DNA of 64,000 nucleotides, taken from the NCBI RefSeq assembly GCF_009914755.1, contig NC_060937.1. One strand, given 5' to 3'. Below are positions 53,120 to 64,000 of the stretch, piece by piece. The position numbers and the translations under genes are program-made. The notes beneath the pieces are model-generated. The model did no database searches. It saw only the letters and a list, made by a program, of their open reading frames with translations, and was not told the DNA's origin. Origin of the DNA: the human T2T-CHM13v2.0 reference genome, Homo sapiens. Each line of letters begins with the position of its first letter. Positions within the stretch are counted from its first letter, which is position 1.

Positions 53120-55035
53120 ACAAAAATCAATTGTATCACTACACATTAGCAATAAGCAATCTGAAAATGAAATTAAGAAAATAATTCCACTTATAAAAGC
53201 ACCAAAGAACAAAATACTTAGGAACAAATATAACCAAGTAAGTGCAAGATTTGTACACTGAAAACTACAAAATAGGGTTGAAAGAAATTAAAGAAGACCA
53301 AAAGTAACAAAGACTATATGTGTTCATGTATTGGAAGACTTCATATTGTTAAAATGGCAATATTCTCCAAATTGATCTCCATATTCAGTGCAATCTCTAT
53401 CAAAATCCCAATCTTTTTTTTTTTTGCAGAAATGGATAAACTAATTTTCAGTTCATTGGAAATACAACAGACCATTGAATAGCCAAAATAATCTTGACAA
53501 AACTAATGTTCAGTTCATTGGAAATACAACAGACCATTGAATAGCCAAAACAATCTTGAAAAAGTACAAACTGGAAGACTTACATATCCTGATTTCAAGA
53601 CTTATTACAAATCTACAGTAATCAAAATAGTGTTGTACTAGTATAAGGATAGACATATAGATTAATGGTTTAAGAATTTAGAAATAAGCCCATACATTTA
53701 TAATCAGTTGGTTTTTGGTAAGAGTGCCAAGAACATTCAGTGGGTGAAAAAATAGTCTCTTTAATAAATGATGCTGGGATAACTGGAAAACCACATGTAA
53801 AAGAATGAAATTGAACTTCTGTCTCACTCTATATACAAAAATTAACTCAAAATAAATCAAAGACTGAAATGTAAGAGATAAAACTATAAAACTCTTAGAA
53901 ATAAATGAGGTGTAAATTTTTACGACCTTTGATTAGGCAATGGTTTCTTAAATATAGCACCAAAAGCACAAACAGCAAAAGAAAAAGAGATGTTATACTT
54001 TGTCAAAAATTTAAACTTTCACTTATCAAATGATGCCATCAAGAAAGTGAAAAGACAACTTGTAGACTTGGAGAAAATATCTGCAAATAGTTTAGCTGAT
54101 AGGAGTCTACTATCCAGAATATATAGAGAACTCTTACAACTCAACAACAAAAAGACAATCAAATATAATTGATTTTTGTAAAAAAATTCATGTATTAAAA
54201 ATGGGCAAAGAATTTCAATAAACATGTCTCCAAAGATGATATGCAGGTGGCCAAGAAGCACATGAGGAGATGCTCAGCATCATTAGTCATCTGGGAAATG
54301 CAAATCAAAACATCCAGGAGACACCACCTCACACCAACTAGGATGGCTAAATAATAAACAAAACCAAAACCCAGAAAACAAGTATTGATGAGCGTCCAGA
54401 GAAATTGGAACCCTCATTTGTTGATGGTGGGAACATTAAATGGTGCAGCCTCTATGGAAAACAGTTTGGTAGTTCTTCAGAAAGTTAAACATAGAATTAC
54501 CATATGACTCAGCATTTCCACTACTAAGTGTATGCCCCCCACAACTGAAAACATCTTCCAACAAAAATCTGTACACAAATGTTCATAGCAGCATTATTAA
54601 TAATGTCCAAAAAGTGGAAACAACTCAAATGTTCATCAACCAATGAAGAGAGAAACAAAAGGTATATATCCCTACAATAGAGCATCATTCAACCATAAAG
54701 AGGAATGAAATATGGATACAAATTACAACTTGAAAACATTATGTTCAGTGAAAGAAGCTAGTAAGAAAAAAATCACATATTGATTCAATGTAGATAAAAT
54801 GTTCAAACGGGCAAATCCACTGAGACAAAAAGACTAGTGGCTGTCAGTAAATGGGGAGGGGAGCATTGGGATATATGAGTTTTCTTTTTGGGGTGATGAA
54901 AATATTTTGGAATTAGACAGCACTGATGGTTCCATAATACTGTAAACATGCCAAAAACTATTGAAATGTTTAATAGTGTTCAACCCTTTAATATGGTTAA
55001 AACGGTGAATTTTGTGATGTGAATTTTATCTCAAA
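53120..55035 (+). mobile_element. L1MB-like 3' part (ORF2 C-terminus + 3'UTR)
   Basis: ORF 53990..54172 (IKKVKRQLVDLEKISANS..SRIYRELLQLNNKK); 3' end 'gtgaattttatctcaaaaa'. Confidence 0.88.
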
Positions 55036-55039
55036 AACA

Positions 55040-55850
55040 ATTTTTTAAAAACATTCATAATAGTTATTTTATATTCTGCATCTGTTAATTCAAAATTCTG
55101 AAGTCTTTGTTGATCTGATTCTGCTATTTTTGTCTTTGCTTCACTCATGATGTTATTTTCATGTGTATTTTCTAAGTTTTGACTGCAAGCTGGTCTTTTT
55201 CCTTGGAGTGTCGTTTGTGGAATTAATTTGAAAATTTGATTGAAATTGTGTTTTTTTCAGAGTAATTTCGCATTTATTTCTTGCAGATACTGAAAACCTG
55301 GGACGAATTGAAAATAAGTTTGAGTTTGTTTTTGTACTCTCAGTTATTGTGGATTAGATCACAGGCCCACGAGAGCTTATTTTTTGGTTATGCATTCTCA
55401 AGGGAAATTCCTTCTCTCTTTTACCTAGTGCCAAAGTCAAGATAAGTTTCCTTGATGTCTTCTTCTCAATGACCAGTTTATTTCTCTCCATCTTTACCAT
55501 CAGGCACAGTTCTTCCATATCTCACGTGGTGATTCTTCTTTTAGCCTCCTGATGTTTGGTGAGTCCTAGGCTTCATCTCTTCTTCTCTCCAATCTTGCCA
55601 TCATCAGAGTGTAAACTCAATATATTCAGGGTTCAGCAGAAACCTTCACAAAGAAAGAGCTAGCTTTGGTGTTTTCTTGTCTTCAGGGTTCCTGCTTTTA
55701 TTTTATTTTTGGTCATTGTGGATTGTTTCCCTTCTGCCAACTCATTGAAAAGGACATTTAGCAAGTCTTAACCTTTATTTTAGTGGTTTCAGTGGGAGAG
55801 TTGTTCAATCTAACTCCTTAACCATTTCACCAAAAATAAAAGTAGAGGTT
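55040..55850 (-). mobile_element. old L1ME-like fragment
   Basis: T-rich; 'cataatagttattttatattc..tctg..aattc..tctgaagtctttg'. Confidence 0.45.
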
Positions 55851-56329
55851 CATATTTTGACCTTGTTATTGGTTAGAAGAGGGTCCCTGTTGTTGGTTTC
55901 CTACAAGTCAACTGCATACGTGGGTCAGAAGCACCGACACAATACTCAGGTGCTTCTTGCCTTCTACTTAGCCAGTGTCATCAGCCTAGGCTGAGGGATG
56001 GGGAAGAAGAATGCAAGGCACACGCTCAGTGATCCTGGACAAACTCTGGCCTTTGCCGTGCTCTGGTGATGGGCTGCTGTTGAACTCGGGGCCACGCAAC
56101 AAAGGCTTCACCTGAAAGCTGTGCAGTCTTCTTTCCCATGGGTAGAAAGGTCTGAAATAAGCACTTTGACCTGTTTAACTCCAAATCATTGTCTCTCTAT
56201 CCAGAGGATGTCCATACCAGGACAGTAGTACATGGGGTTGGGCAGCAGGTAGGTGGGAAGTTTTTTCTTCCAGACACATTATCTCTCTCCGCTGCTCTTG
56301 CCATCTGCATTATTTGGTAGATCAGTCTC

Positions 56330-56585
56330 TATTTGAAAGCCTCCTCATCACCCGTTCAGTTTCCAATCCAATTCCACCTGGCTTCTATCCCATTCCACTC
56401 CAGAGAAACACCTTTCACCATGTTCATTAATTATCTTTTAGTTTATTCAAAATTTACTTCCCATTCTCATCTCACTTGGCCTCTCGTCACTGGATGCTGC
56501 TGAACACCTCCTCCTTCCTGAAATTCTTACATGCCTTAGCTTCCTGGTTTTCCTCCTATCTCTATAGCCATTTCCTCTCAGGGAA
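56330..56585 (+). mobile_element. L2 fragment
   Basis: 'ctggcttctatcccattccactcca..ctcatctcacttggcctctc..ctccttcctgaaa'. Confidence 0.65.
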
Positions 56586-56618
56586 ATAGTTTCTTTCTCT
56601 CTAAATGACATATATCTT

Positions 56619-56938
56619 CCTTTCTTTCCTTTATTTATTTATTTTCCAAGGACAGGGTCTCACTCTGTCGCTTGGGCTGGAGTGCAGTGGTGTGATCACA
56701 GCTCACTGTAACCCTGAACATGTGGGCTCAAGGGAGCCTCCTGCCTCAGCCTCCCAAGTAGCTGGGATTACAGGCTTGTGCCACAATGCCTGGGTAATTT
56801 TTAAATGTTTTGTTGACCCAGGGTCTTGCTATGTTGCCTTGGCTGGTCTTTAATTCCTGGCCTCAAGCGATCCTCCTGCCTTAGCCTTACAAAGTGTTGG
56901 GATTAGAGGATTAGAGGCATAAGCCACTGCACCCAACC
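56619..56938 (-). mobile_element. AluJ
   Basis: 'gacagggtctcactctgtcg', 'tgatcacagctcactg', 'cctggcctcaagcgatcctcc'. Confidence 0.92.
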
Positions 56939-56994
56939 CACCAAATAACATTTTTCTTATTCTCTAGGCATCCTCCCATTCTTCCATCTCCATC

Positions 56995-57486
56995 TTTTTA
57001 ACAAATACTTAACAAGCTCTGTGTTTGAGACAGAATTGACAAGTGAATAAGATAGGCATGGTCCCTGCTTTAAAGTGTTTGCAATCTAGTGTGGTATAAA
57101 CAAATATTAAAGTGAGTTATGGGAATACATCACCAGGGACCCTAGTCAGTTCTGGGAGGTTGACCTCAAAACTCATATCTAAAAGATAAGTCATAGCCAG
57201 TTGGCCATTGTGAGTAGTCAGGTATGGGAAGCAGCACATTCAAAGACCCAAAGGCAAGAGAGAATGTGTGTTTGAGGGCTTGAAAGCAGCCTGGCATGGA
57301 CAGAGCAAAGGGAGGAGTGGTGAGAGATGAAGCTGGAGAGGTAGGCAGGAGTCACGTTCATAGTCTTGTGTGCAGGTATGGAGAATGAATTGAAGGCTGG
57401 CCAGAAGGAAAGTGGCGAGAGTAGTTTGGAGCCCGTTGTAGAACCTCAGAAGGGAGATAAGGATGATTTGGCCAAGGGTGGTGCAG
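56995..57486 (-). mobile_element. L2 fragment
   Basis: 'aacaaatactta..gtgaataagataggcatggtccctgct..caatctagt'. Confidence 0.6.
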
Positions 57487-58110
57487 TGTGCCAAATAAAA
57501 ACAAATGCAAGTTAGGTAAGGGGGGACTTTATTGAAAAGGATGATTGCAGTGGGGGGTAAGGAGAACTATTGCAAGAGAGAGAATCTCTGACCGTGACAT
57601 TTGTAAGTGGATCCCAGGAAAAAGGCTTTTCTTTTGTAGGGAGGAGTGAATAAAGCTGGAAAGAACTGGGTGTGGGGAAGTGGGATGAACTGGGGCAGGT
57701 GGAGGGATCAGACATTAAATCTGAGAATGCTTTATCCTGGGGTCAGCCTGTTCTCAGGAGGGTCCTCAGGCTGAGGGTGGGTCAATGTTAGGGACTGAAG
57801 AAAAGAAAGAAACCTAACTAAAGTTTGGTCAAATAAGATTAATGGGCATCTTATTTTGATTGATCAGTGGGGACACACAGTTCATGTAATGGTTTATGAA
57901 GCAAAGAGTGGAATTGGAGGGTCTGAGCCTGACTTTGCCATAGTAAACAAAGGTGGGTGGGGGGTATCTGAGGGTCTTATCTAAGTTATAGAAGAGGATT
58001 CTTTGCAATAAGTCATTTTCCAGAGCACAAAAGAGTAGGAAATCTCTTAATCACCACTGTTCTCTAGAAGCATGGGACTCAAGTAAAAGTCAACATTGTA
58101 AAGTGGGTTG
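57487..58110 (-). mobile_element. ERV1 LTR (MER67-like) inserted in L2
   Basis: 'gactttattgaaaaggat..gaactattgcaa..cttttcttttgtagggagg..aaagtttggtcaa'; L2 resumes at ~58120. Confidence 0.5.
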
Positions 58111-58339
58111 GAGGGAGTAAACTTACTTAAGAAATAATCAGCAGTAGGTAGGTTCACAGGTTGTGCTGATAGATTGAATGTCAGAATGAAGAAAAGAGAA
58201 GCATTAAGGATGTCTCGAAGTCTCTGACTTAGGGACTGAGTGAGTGACAGTGTGCAAATGAAGACAGTGACATAGAAATAAAAAGTAATTTGGTATGATG
58301 GCAAAATGGAGGAGATACCCATAGATATTGTCAGTTTCT

Positions 58340-58897
58340 CGTCTACTCATACCCTCTTGGTCACCACATTATTTCCGTCTTATCTCTTAAATGTGTCTTG
58401 AAGCCAACTGCTCTGCTCCTGCCTTAGTTCACACTTCCATCCTCTGTTGCCTGCACTATTAAATTCACTTTCTAACCAGGCTCTTTGCACCCAGGTGTGT
58501 TCTCACAATCCCACACGCATCTTCCACAGTCTGCTGGGATAACATATCTAGATGGATTACAGCATGCCACTCATGCTTTCAAATCTTCCCAGTTGCACAT
58601 GTGTGTGGGCCTCCAATAGACTTTATTCCTTAGTCTCCTTAAACTTAAGGAGAGTTTGGAATGATAAATACAGGTTTTAAGACATATCTCACCCTGGCCC
58701 CTCCCTAAATGAGTTACTGTTCCTCTTTAGAAATTTATCTTTACCTTTTATTTCCTTTAATAATTTTTGTTCCTTTGTAATTTCTTTCATTGGATTTTGA
58801 GTCCCTTTAAGGAAGGTCCAGCGTCCTTAACTTTTGTCTCCTCAGTGCGAACAGAGTGGCTTGCAACTAGTAGGTGCTCAATAAATCTTTGTTGAAC
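58340..58897 (+). mobile_element. L2 3' region
   Basis: Ends 'tagtaggtgctcaataaatctttgttgaa'. Confidence 0.65.
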
Positions 58898-60710
58898 TTT
58901 TGATTAAACTCTAGGTGCATAGAGATCTCCTTGAGGTTGTTTTATACCAGCTTCTTCAGCTCCACTTTACCCGTAAGTAAGGAACTCTCTCTCCTATTGT
59001 GATTTGAGAGGAATTGTGAATTTCCACACTCTGTGATATTTTCAATCTCTCCATAAACCCTTCCTTTACTTCTTTTAAGATTTTCTCTCTTTCCTCTTGC
59101 CTCTCTAGAAGTGACATTTGAGAGGGGAGCCACAATAGCCCCAGACCTGTGAGTGTCAAGGAGTCGATCTGGTAGCTTTTCTCGTTGGCAGGAGGGAGTA
59201 TTTTGTGTTTGGGGAGTGGGCAAACAGGCAGAAGGAGGGAGTGGAGAATGCTAAAAACAAACTGGATTTGAATCTCTGTAGGTGGTCCTTTTAGAAGCAT
59301 TATTTTTTACTGGTAATTCACGACACCCATTACTATTACTACAGGCATTAGCATTGAATGGCGGATTTCAAACTGTGTTCTGTGGAGCCTTAGCCTTCAC
59401 TGAGGGTGCTTCTGAGACTTCTACCCCTGGTGAGTGGGGGTGGTACCCAGGGAATAGGGTCCCAGGCCTCTCACCATTGGCCCCATTCAGCCAGGGTGCC
59501 TCACTGGATTCAAACCTGGAACACACCTGCCCCATCTTAGCTGGTAATCTATGGATACCTACTTGATTTTTATTTGTTTTTAATGTTCCCATCCTCCCTG
59601 GGAATGACAGGTTCTGTTTTTCCCTTCAACTATTTTAGCACATGGAGTTCACAACTCATTCCAGCTACAATGGGAAATGTTTAGTCCCGACTCCCCTTGC
59701 ACAGTCTTTCCCACTAGGCTCCTGGTTCTGAAGATTGGCAGGAGGGGCCTGATTCTATTTCCCAAGATGTATAAGGTGTCAAAAGAGGCTCTAGAAATCT
59801 CAGAAACAGACCAGATAAAGAGTTTTTAAAGCAGGCTCTTTTGAGATCTAGGGTATTGAAAAGGCACTTAGGGTCTCCCCGGGGTGCTGTGGACATCACC
59901 CACATCTGTGCTTTAGCCAAGCCGTGCTCCTTTTATCTCTTAATTACTGGGACTTTATGGAATATTTCACTTGGAAGCAGGGTTCTACTGCTAATGGGAG
60001 TTTGAGGCCTAGAAGATCATTAAAGCCTTTTTCAGCTAAGATATGCCCATGTTCTTTCTTATGAAGCAATAATGAGGGGGACATTGTTATCGTCTTTTCA
60101 TTGTACGGAACATAAATGATCACTCATGAGGCACAGGGGGTTGAGCCCTGGATGGCTTTGCCACAGAACAGCAGATCTGAGTCCCTCATACATAAGAAAT
60201 AGAATCTTAGTTGTTAGGAATGCATGGTGCACTCGACTTCACGAACATGCGTTTTAATGCCAGTGTCAGGGCAAACTTCTACCAGCTGTCTAAACATTTA
60301 CAGAACAAAATAATAGCATGCAAGATATGTAGGTTTCAGATATTTGTCATCTTAAAACAGCACTTAGTCATTAACTTAATCACAGCTGCTATATGCCAGC
60401 CAGTGTACTTTGTTTGTAAACAACACATCTGCTACAGGCAGGAATTGGGAGCTCGGCTGTGGTCGTGCGTAGCAGCCTGGTTAATGCTGGGATGTGCATC
60501 TTGAGTGTCTGAAACACATGGGCGCCATGCCTCAGACCAAACCTGCTGACTCTAGTGGGGAACAATTTAGGGTTTATTTCCTCCCAGGTGCTGCTTTTGT
60601 GGTTTTTCTCTCAACAGACTTAGATGCTTAATTTGGAGAGATGTCCTGATGTCCACAGTCATGGGTTCATTTGAAATGAGACATAGCCTCCCAAATAGTT
60701 GCTTTCGCGT

Positions 60711-61075
60711 TGTTATGGACTATTTACCACCCTTTCAAATTCATATGTTGAAGCCCTCACCTGCACTGTGACTATATTTGGAGGCAGGGCCTGTGAGAAG
60801 GTGATGAAGGTTACCTGAATCACAGGAGTGGGGCCCTAATGTGATGGCCCATTGTCCATATGAGAAGAGGAAGAGACCCCAGAGCTTGCTCTTTCTGCCA
60901 TGTGAGGACGTGGTGAGGGTGGTCACCTGCAAGCGAGGAAGAGAACTCTCACCAAGAACCAGATTGGCTGGCACCTTGATCTTGGACTTCCCAGCCTCCA
61001 GAACTGTGAGAAATAAATTTCTGATGTTTAAGCCACCCAATCTGTGGTATCTTATTATGGCAACCAAAGCTAATA
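60711..61075 (+). mobile_element. MaLR solo LTR, MLT1A-like
   Basis: 'tgttatggact..aaattcatatgttgaagccct...ggcaccttgatcttggacttcccagcctccagaactgtgagaaataaatttctg'. Confidence 0.88.
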
Positions 61076-61371
61076 ATCCTTATTTTCCTTCTCTAAATTC
61101 CTGGGTCTAACTTTTTCTTAATGCCAGTAGCATTGGGACTTCCAACGTCTTAATCTTTGCTTCTCATTTCTCGGCAGCTATTTCAACACATCTTATTGGG
61201 CCATGCCATTTGTTTTCTTCCTTTGGTATTAAGTGAAGTTCTTAGTCTCTGCTTGAGAGAAAGTACCTTGACTTCTTGTGGGTTCCTGTAACATGGCTTA
61301 AGCCATTTGTGCTCATTGTTTCTGTGTGTTCAGGCCCAAGGGATTTAGAATGACTTGTTTAGACTTTAAGT

Positions 61372-61815
61372 TGTGTGGTTGACACTGTTAGTTGTCTATG
61401 TGATAACCATCCCCCCGTCTTGCTGAAAAACAAAACAAAACAAAAAAAACCCGATTTTGCTCTGGGCAGCAATATATCCCAGCCCTAACACAAGAAATCA
61501 AAATTGGTCTAAATCAAGATTGAAATCCTTGATTCTGGCTTTCATTGAGATTGCTATGTGACCTAGTTCTGGCAAAAAATATTGAAGTGCAAGTCTGACA
61601 AGGAGTAGGCAGATGGAACTGGTACTTCCCTTGCCCTCTTTCTCCTGCCTTTTACATGGATATGTTGTGTGGGGCTGTGTTTTTGTGACCATGAGGCTGA
61701 AAGTCAGGATGATAAGGGTGGTGAAACAAAAAAGAAAGAGACCAGCTATGAGCATCATTGAACTGTTAAACAGTATCAGTAACTGCCTACTCTAGATTTC
61801 TTTTTCTAAGCATAA
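61372..61815 (+). mobile_element. old MaLR LTR (MLT1J-like)
   Basis: 'tgtggttgacactgttagttg', 'atgtgacctagttctggc', 'tgtgaccatgagg'. Confidence 0.55.
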
Positions 61816-61829
61816 TATCTTTGATATTC

Positions 61830-62455
61830 TTCTATATTGTACAGGGATTTGTTCCTTTCTATCCTGTGCATTCTATTAGGCAGATATATCACCACTATCC
61901 AATCTCCTATTGACGGAAATTTGAGTTGTTCCAGTTCTGGGGGATTATTAGTAAGTAATAAACATTCATATACAAGACTAATAATAAACATTCATGTACA
62001 AGATTTTTCTGGACATGTTCTCTTCCTTTATTGGGAGAAAATTTCCAGGGGTAGAATATCTGGGTTGCAAAATAAGTGTATGTTTAATTTTTATAAAAGA
62101 AATAGCTAAACTTTTTTTCCAAAGTGATTTTTCTATTTTTCATTCCCATCAGCAATGTATGAGAATTCCAATTGCTTCGCAAAAGTCGTCAACACTTGGT
62201 ATTGTCAGTTGATTCATTTTAGCCATGGTGTGGGTGCCTAGTGGCATACATTGTCCTTTATATTTGCAATTCCCTAATGATGTTGAGCACTTTTTCATGT
62301 GACCATTGGCTGTGTGTGTGTATGTATATTTTTGGTGTGACGTGCTAGTTAGTCTTTTGCCCATCAAAATTAATTGGATTGTTTTTCTTTTTGTGATTGA
62401 GCTATAGGAGTTCATTATATGTTTGGGATGGAAGTCTTTTATCTGCTGTAGGTAA
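61830..62455 (-). mobile_element. L1ME-like fragment
   Basis: 'cattcccatcagcaatgtatgagaattcca', 'tttgcaattccctaatgatgttgagcactttttcatgt'. Confidence 0.75.
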
Positions 62456-62642
62456 GGAAATAGTGGTTTGCTTATTGCCCCGCTCAAATAATTTCTGCCA
62501 TGCCCCGGAGTCTGTGGACAGAAGTATCAACTCTCAGTCCTCGGGCTGGCTGTATCGTTGCCCCCACCCTGCAGCATCTCTTGCTCCCAGCAAGTTGGTT
62601 TCCTCATCAGCTTCCTGAAGTGCTGTGTTCTTTTCTGACTCC

Positions 62643-63105
62643 TGACAAAGACTGTTTTCTTCATTACACTCTACCCAGGCTCCCCTGAGCCCCTTTCCTC
62701 CATTAATCCCTGTATTCTGCGGTCAGTGTCCAATTTTGTCGAGAATTTTGCTAAGTCAGTTTAGCAAGAATCCTCCATCCTCGATATCTGAGCACCCTGA
62801 TACCTGATAGGGTTCTTCATCCACCACCATCCCTCAGGTTGTGTGTGATCGCCCTGGTCTGTCTTCAGTAAGAATCATGCTGGGTGAGTTTAGCCAGAAT
62901 CTTCCCTTCCCCGTGATGTTTCCTCTTAGTAATTTCCGTCCACTGACCCCCACTCTTCTCCTGGGCTATAAATTTCTACTTTTTCTTGTATTCAGAGTTG
63001 AGCTCAATCTTTCTCCCACCACAAAATCCCATTTCAGGGATCCTTATACCTATCATGATGGTCCTGAATAAAGTCTGCATTACATTTCTTTAAAAAGTAT
63101 CACAA
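62643..63105 (+). mobile_element. ERV1 LTR, MER31-like
   Basis: TGACAAAGACT start; 'tgctaagtcagtttagcaagaatcc', 'gatgtttcctcttagtaattt..ccactgacccc', 'gaataaagtct'. Confidence 0.75.
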
Positions 63106-63109
63106 AATA

Positions 63110-63690
63110 AACTAGGCACAGAAAGATAAACATTGTATGTTCTCACTTATCTGTGGGATCTAAACATCAAAACAATTGAACTCATGGACATAGAGGGTAG
63201 AAGAATGGTTACCAGAGACTGGGAAGGGTAGTGAGGGGTTGAGAAGGAGATGGGGATGATTAATGGGTTAAAAAATAGAAAGAATGAATAAGACCTACTG
63301 CGTGATAGCACAATAGGGTGACTGTAATCAATAATAACTTAATAATAACTAAATTGTATTTTAAAATAAAGAGTGTAATTGGATTGTTTGTAATTCAAAG
63401 GATAAATGCTTGAGGGGATGGACACCCCATTCTCCATGATGTGCTTTTTTTATTATTATTATACTTTAAGTTCTAGGGTACATGTGTACAACGTGCAGGT
63501 TTGTTATATATGTATACATGTGCCATGTTGGTGTGCTGCACCCGTTAACTCGACATTAACATTAGGTATTTCTCCTAATGCTATCCCTCCCCCTACCCCT
63601 CACCCCATCCATGACAGGCCCTCATGATGTGCTTTTTTACATTCCCTGCCTTTATCAAAACATCTCATGTACCCCATAAATGTATATACA
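63110..63690 (+). mobile_element. L1MA2-like 3' end, split by L1PA
   Basis: 'aaaacaattgaactcatggacatagag..aagaatgaataagacctact..aacatctcatgtaccccataaat'. Confidence 0.85.
63451..63622 (-). mobile_element. short L1PA (PA4/5-like) 3' end
   Basis: 'tatactttaagttctagggtacatgtg'; 16-bp TSD catgatgtgctttttt (63435-63450 / 63623-63638). Confidence 0.92.
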
Positions 63691-63714
63691 TATAGTACTA
63701 TATAGGTATATATA

Positions 63715-64000
63715 CTTGTAGAACAATGTTTATAGTAGTATTCATAATAGTCAGATGGTTGAAACAACCCAAGTGTTTAGCAACAGATGAACGGTATATC
63801 CTTGACATGGAATATTATTTGGTTTTTAAAATAAATGAAATTCTGATAGTGCTGTAACATGAATGATCCTTGAAGACATTATGCTAAATGAAATAAGCTA
63901 GTCACGAAAAGACAAATATTGTATGATTCCATTCCTATGAGGAACCTCTTATAGTCAAATGTACAGAGATAAAAAGTAGATTAGAGGTTACCAGGGCCCT
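63715..64000 (+). mobile_element. L1MB-like 3' fragment
   Basis: 'gaaacaacccaagtgt', 'ccttgaagacattatgctaaatgaaataagc..aaagacaaatattgtatgattcca'. Confidence 0.8.

Overview
This is primate, most likely human or ape, genomic DNA. It carries AluJ/S/Y, L1PA, MaLR/ERV LTRs, MIR, L2 and hAT MITEs. It is CpG-poor and either intronic or intergenic, and I could not name the host locus. No intact protein-coding gene, RNA gene or CRISPR array is supported; the ORF track consists of L1/Alu remnants and chance ORFs. More than half of the window is interspersed repeat, including an apparently full-length old L1 (7607-16654) that still has its target-site duplication. The clearest signal not explained by repeat annotation is a set of short local sequence copies of about 37-224 bp. 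Among them are two 83-bp pieces linked through a MER89 LTR at 35.8-38.1 kb, one with a template-switch junction. Other points of interest are a chimeric AluY/AluS without TSD, a twin-primed L1PA insertion, a candidate spliced exon at 31768-31879 downstream of an MLT2A1 LTR, and several enhancer-like unique islands. I see no convincing novel multi-gene system. Repeat subfamily names come from recalled consensus sequences and need RepeatMasker/Dfam confirmation; many boundaries are approximate.
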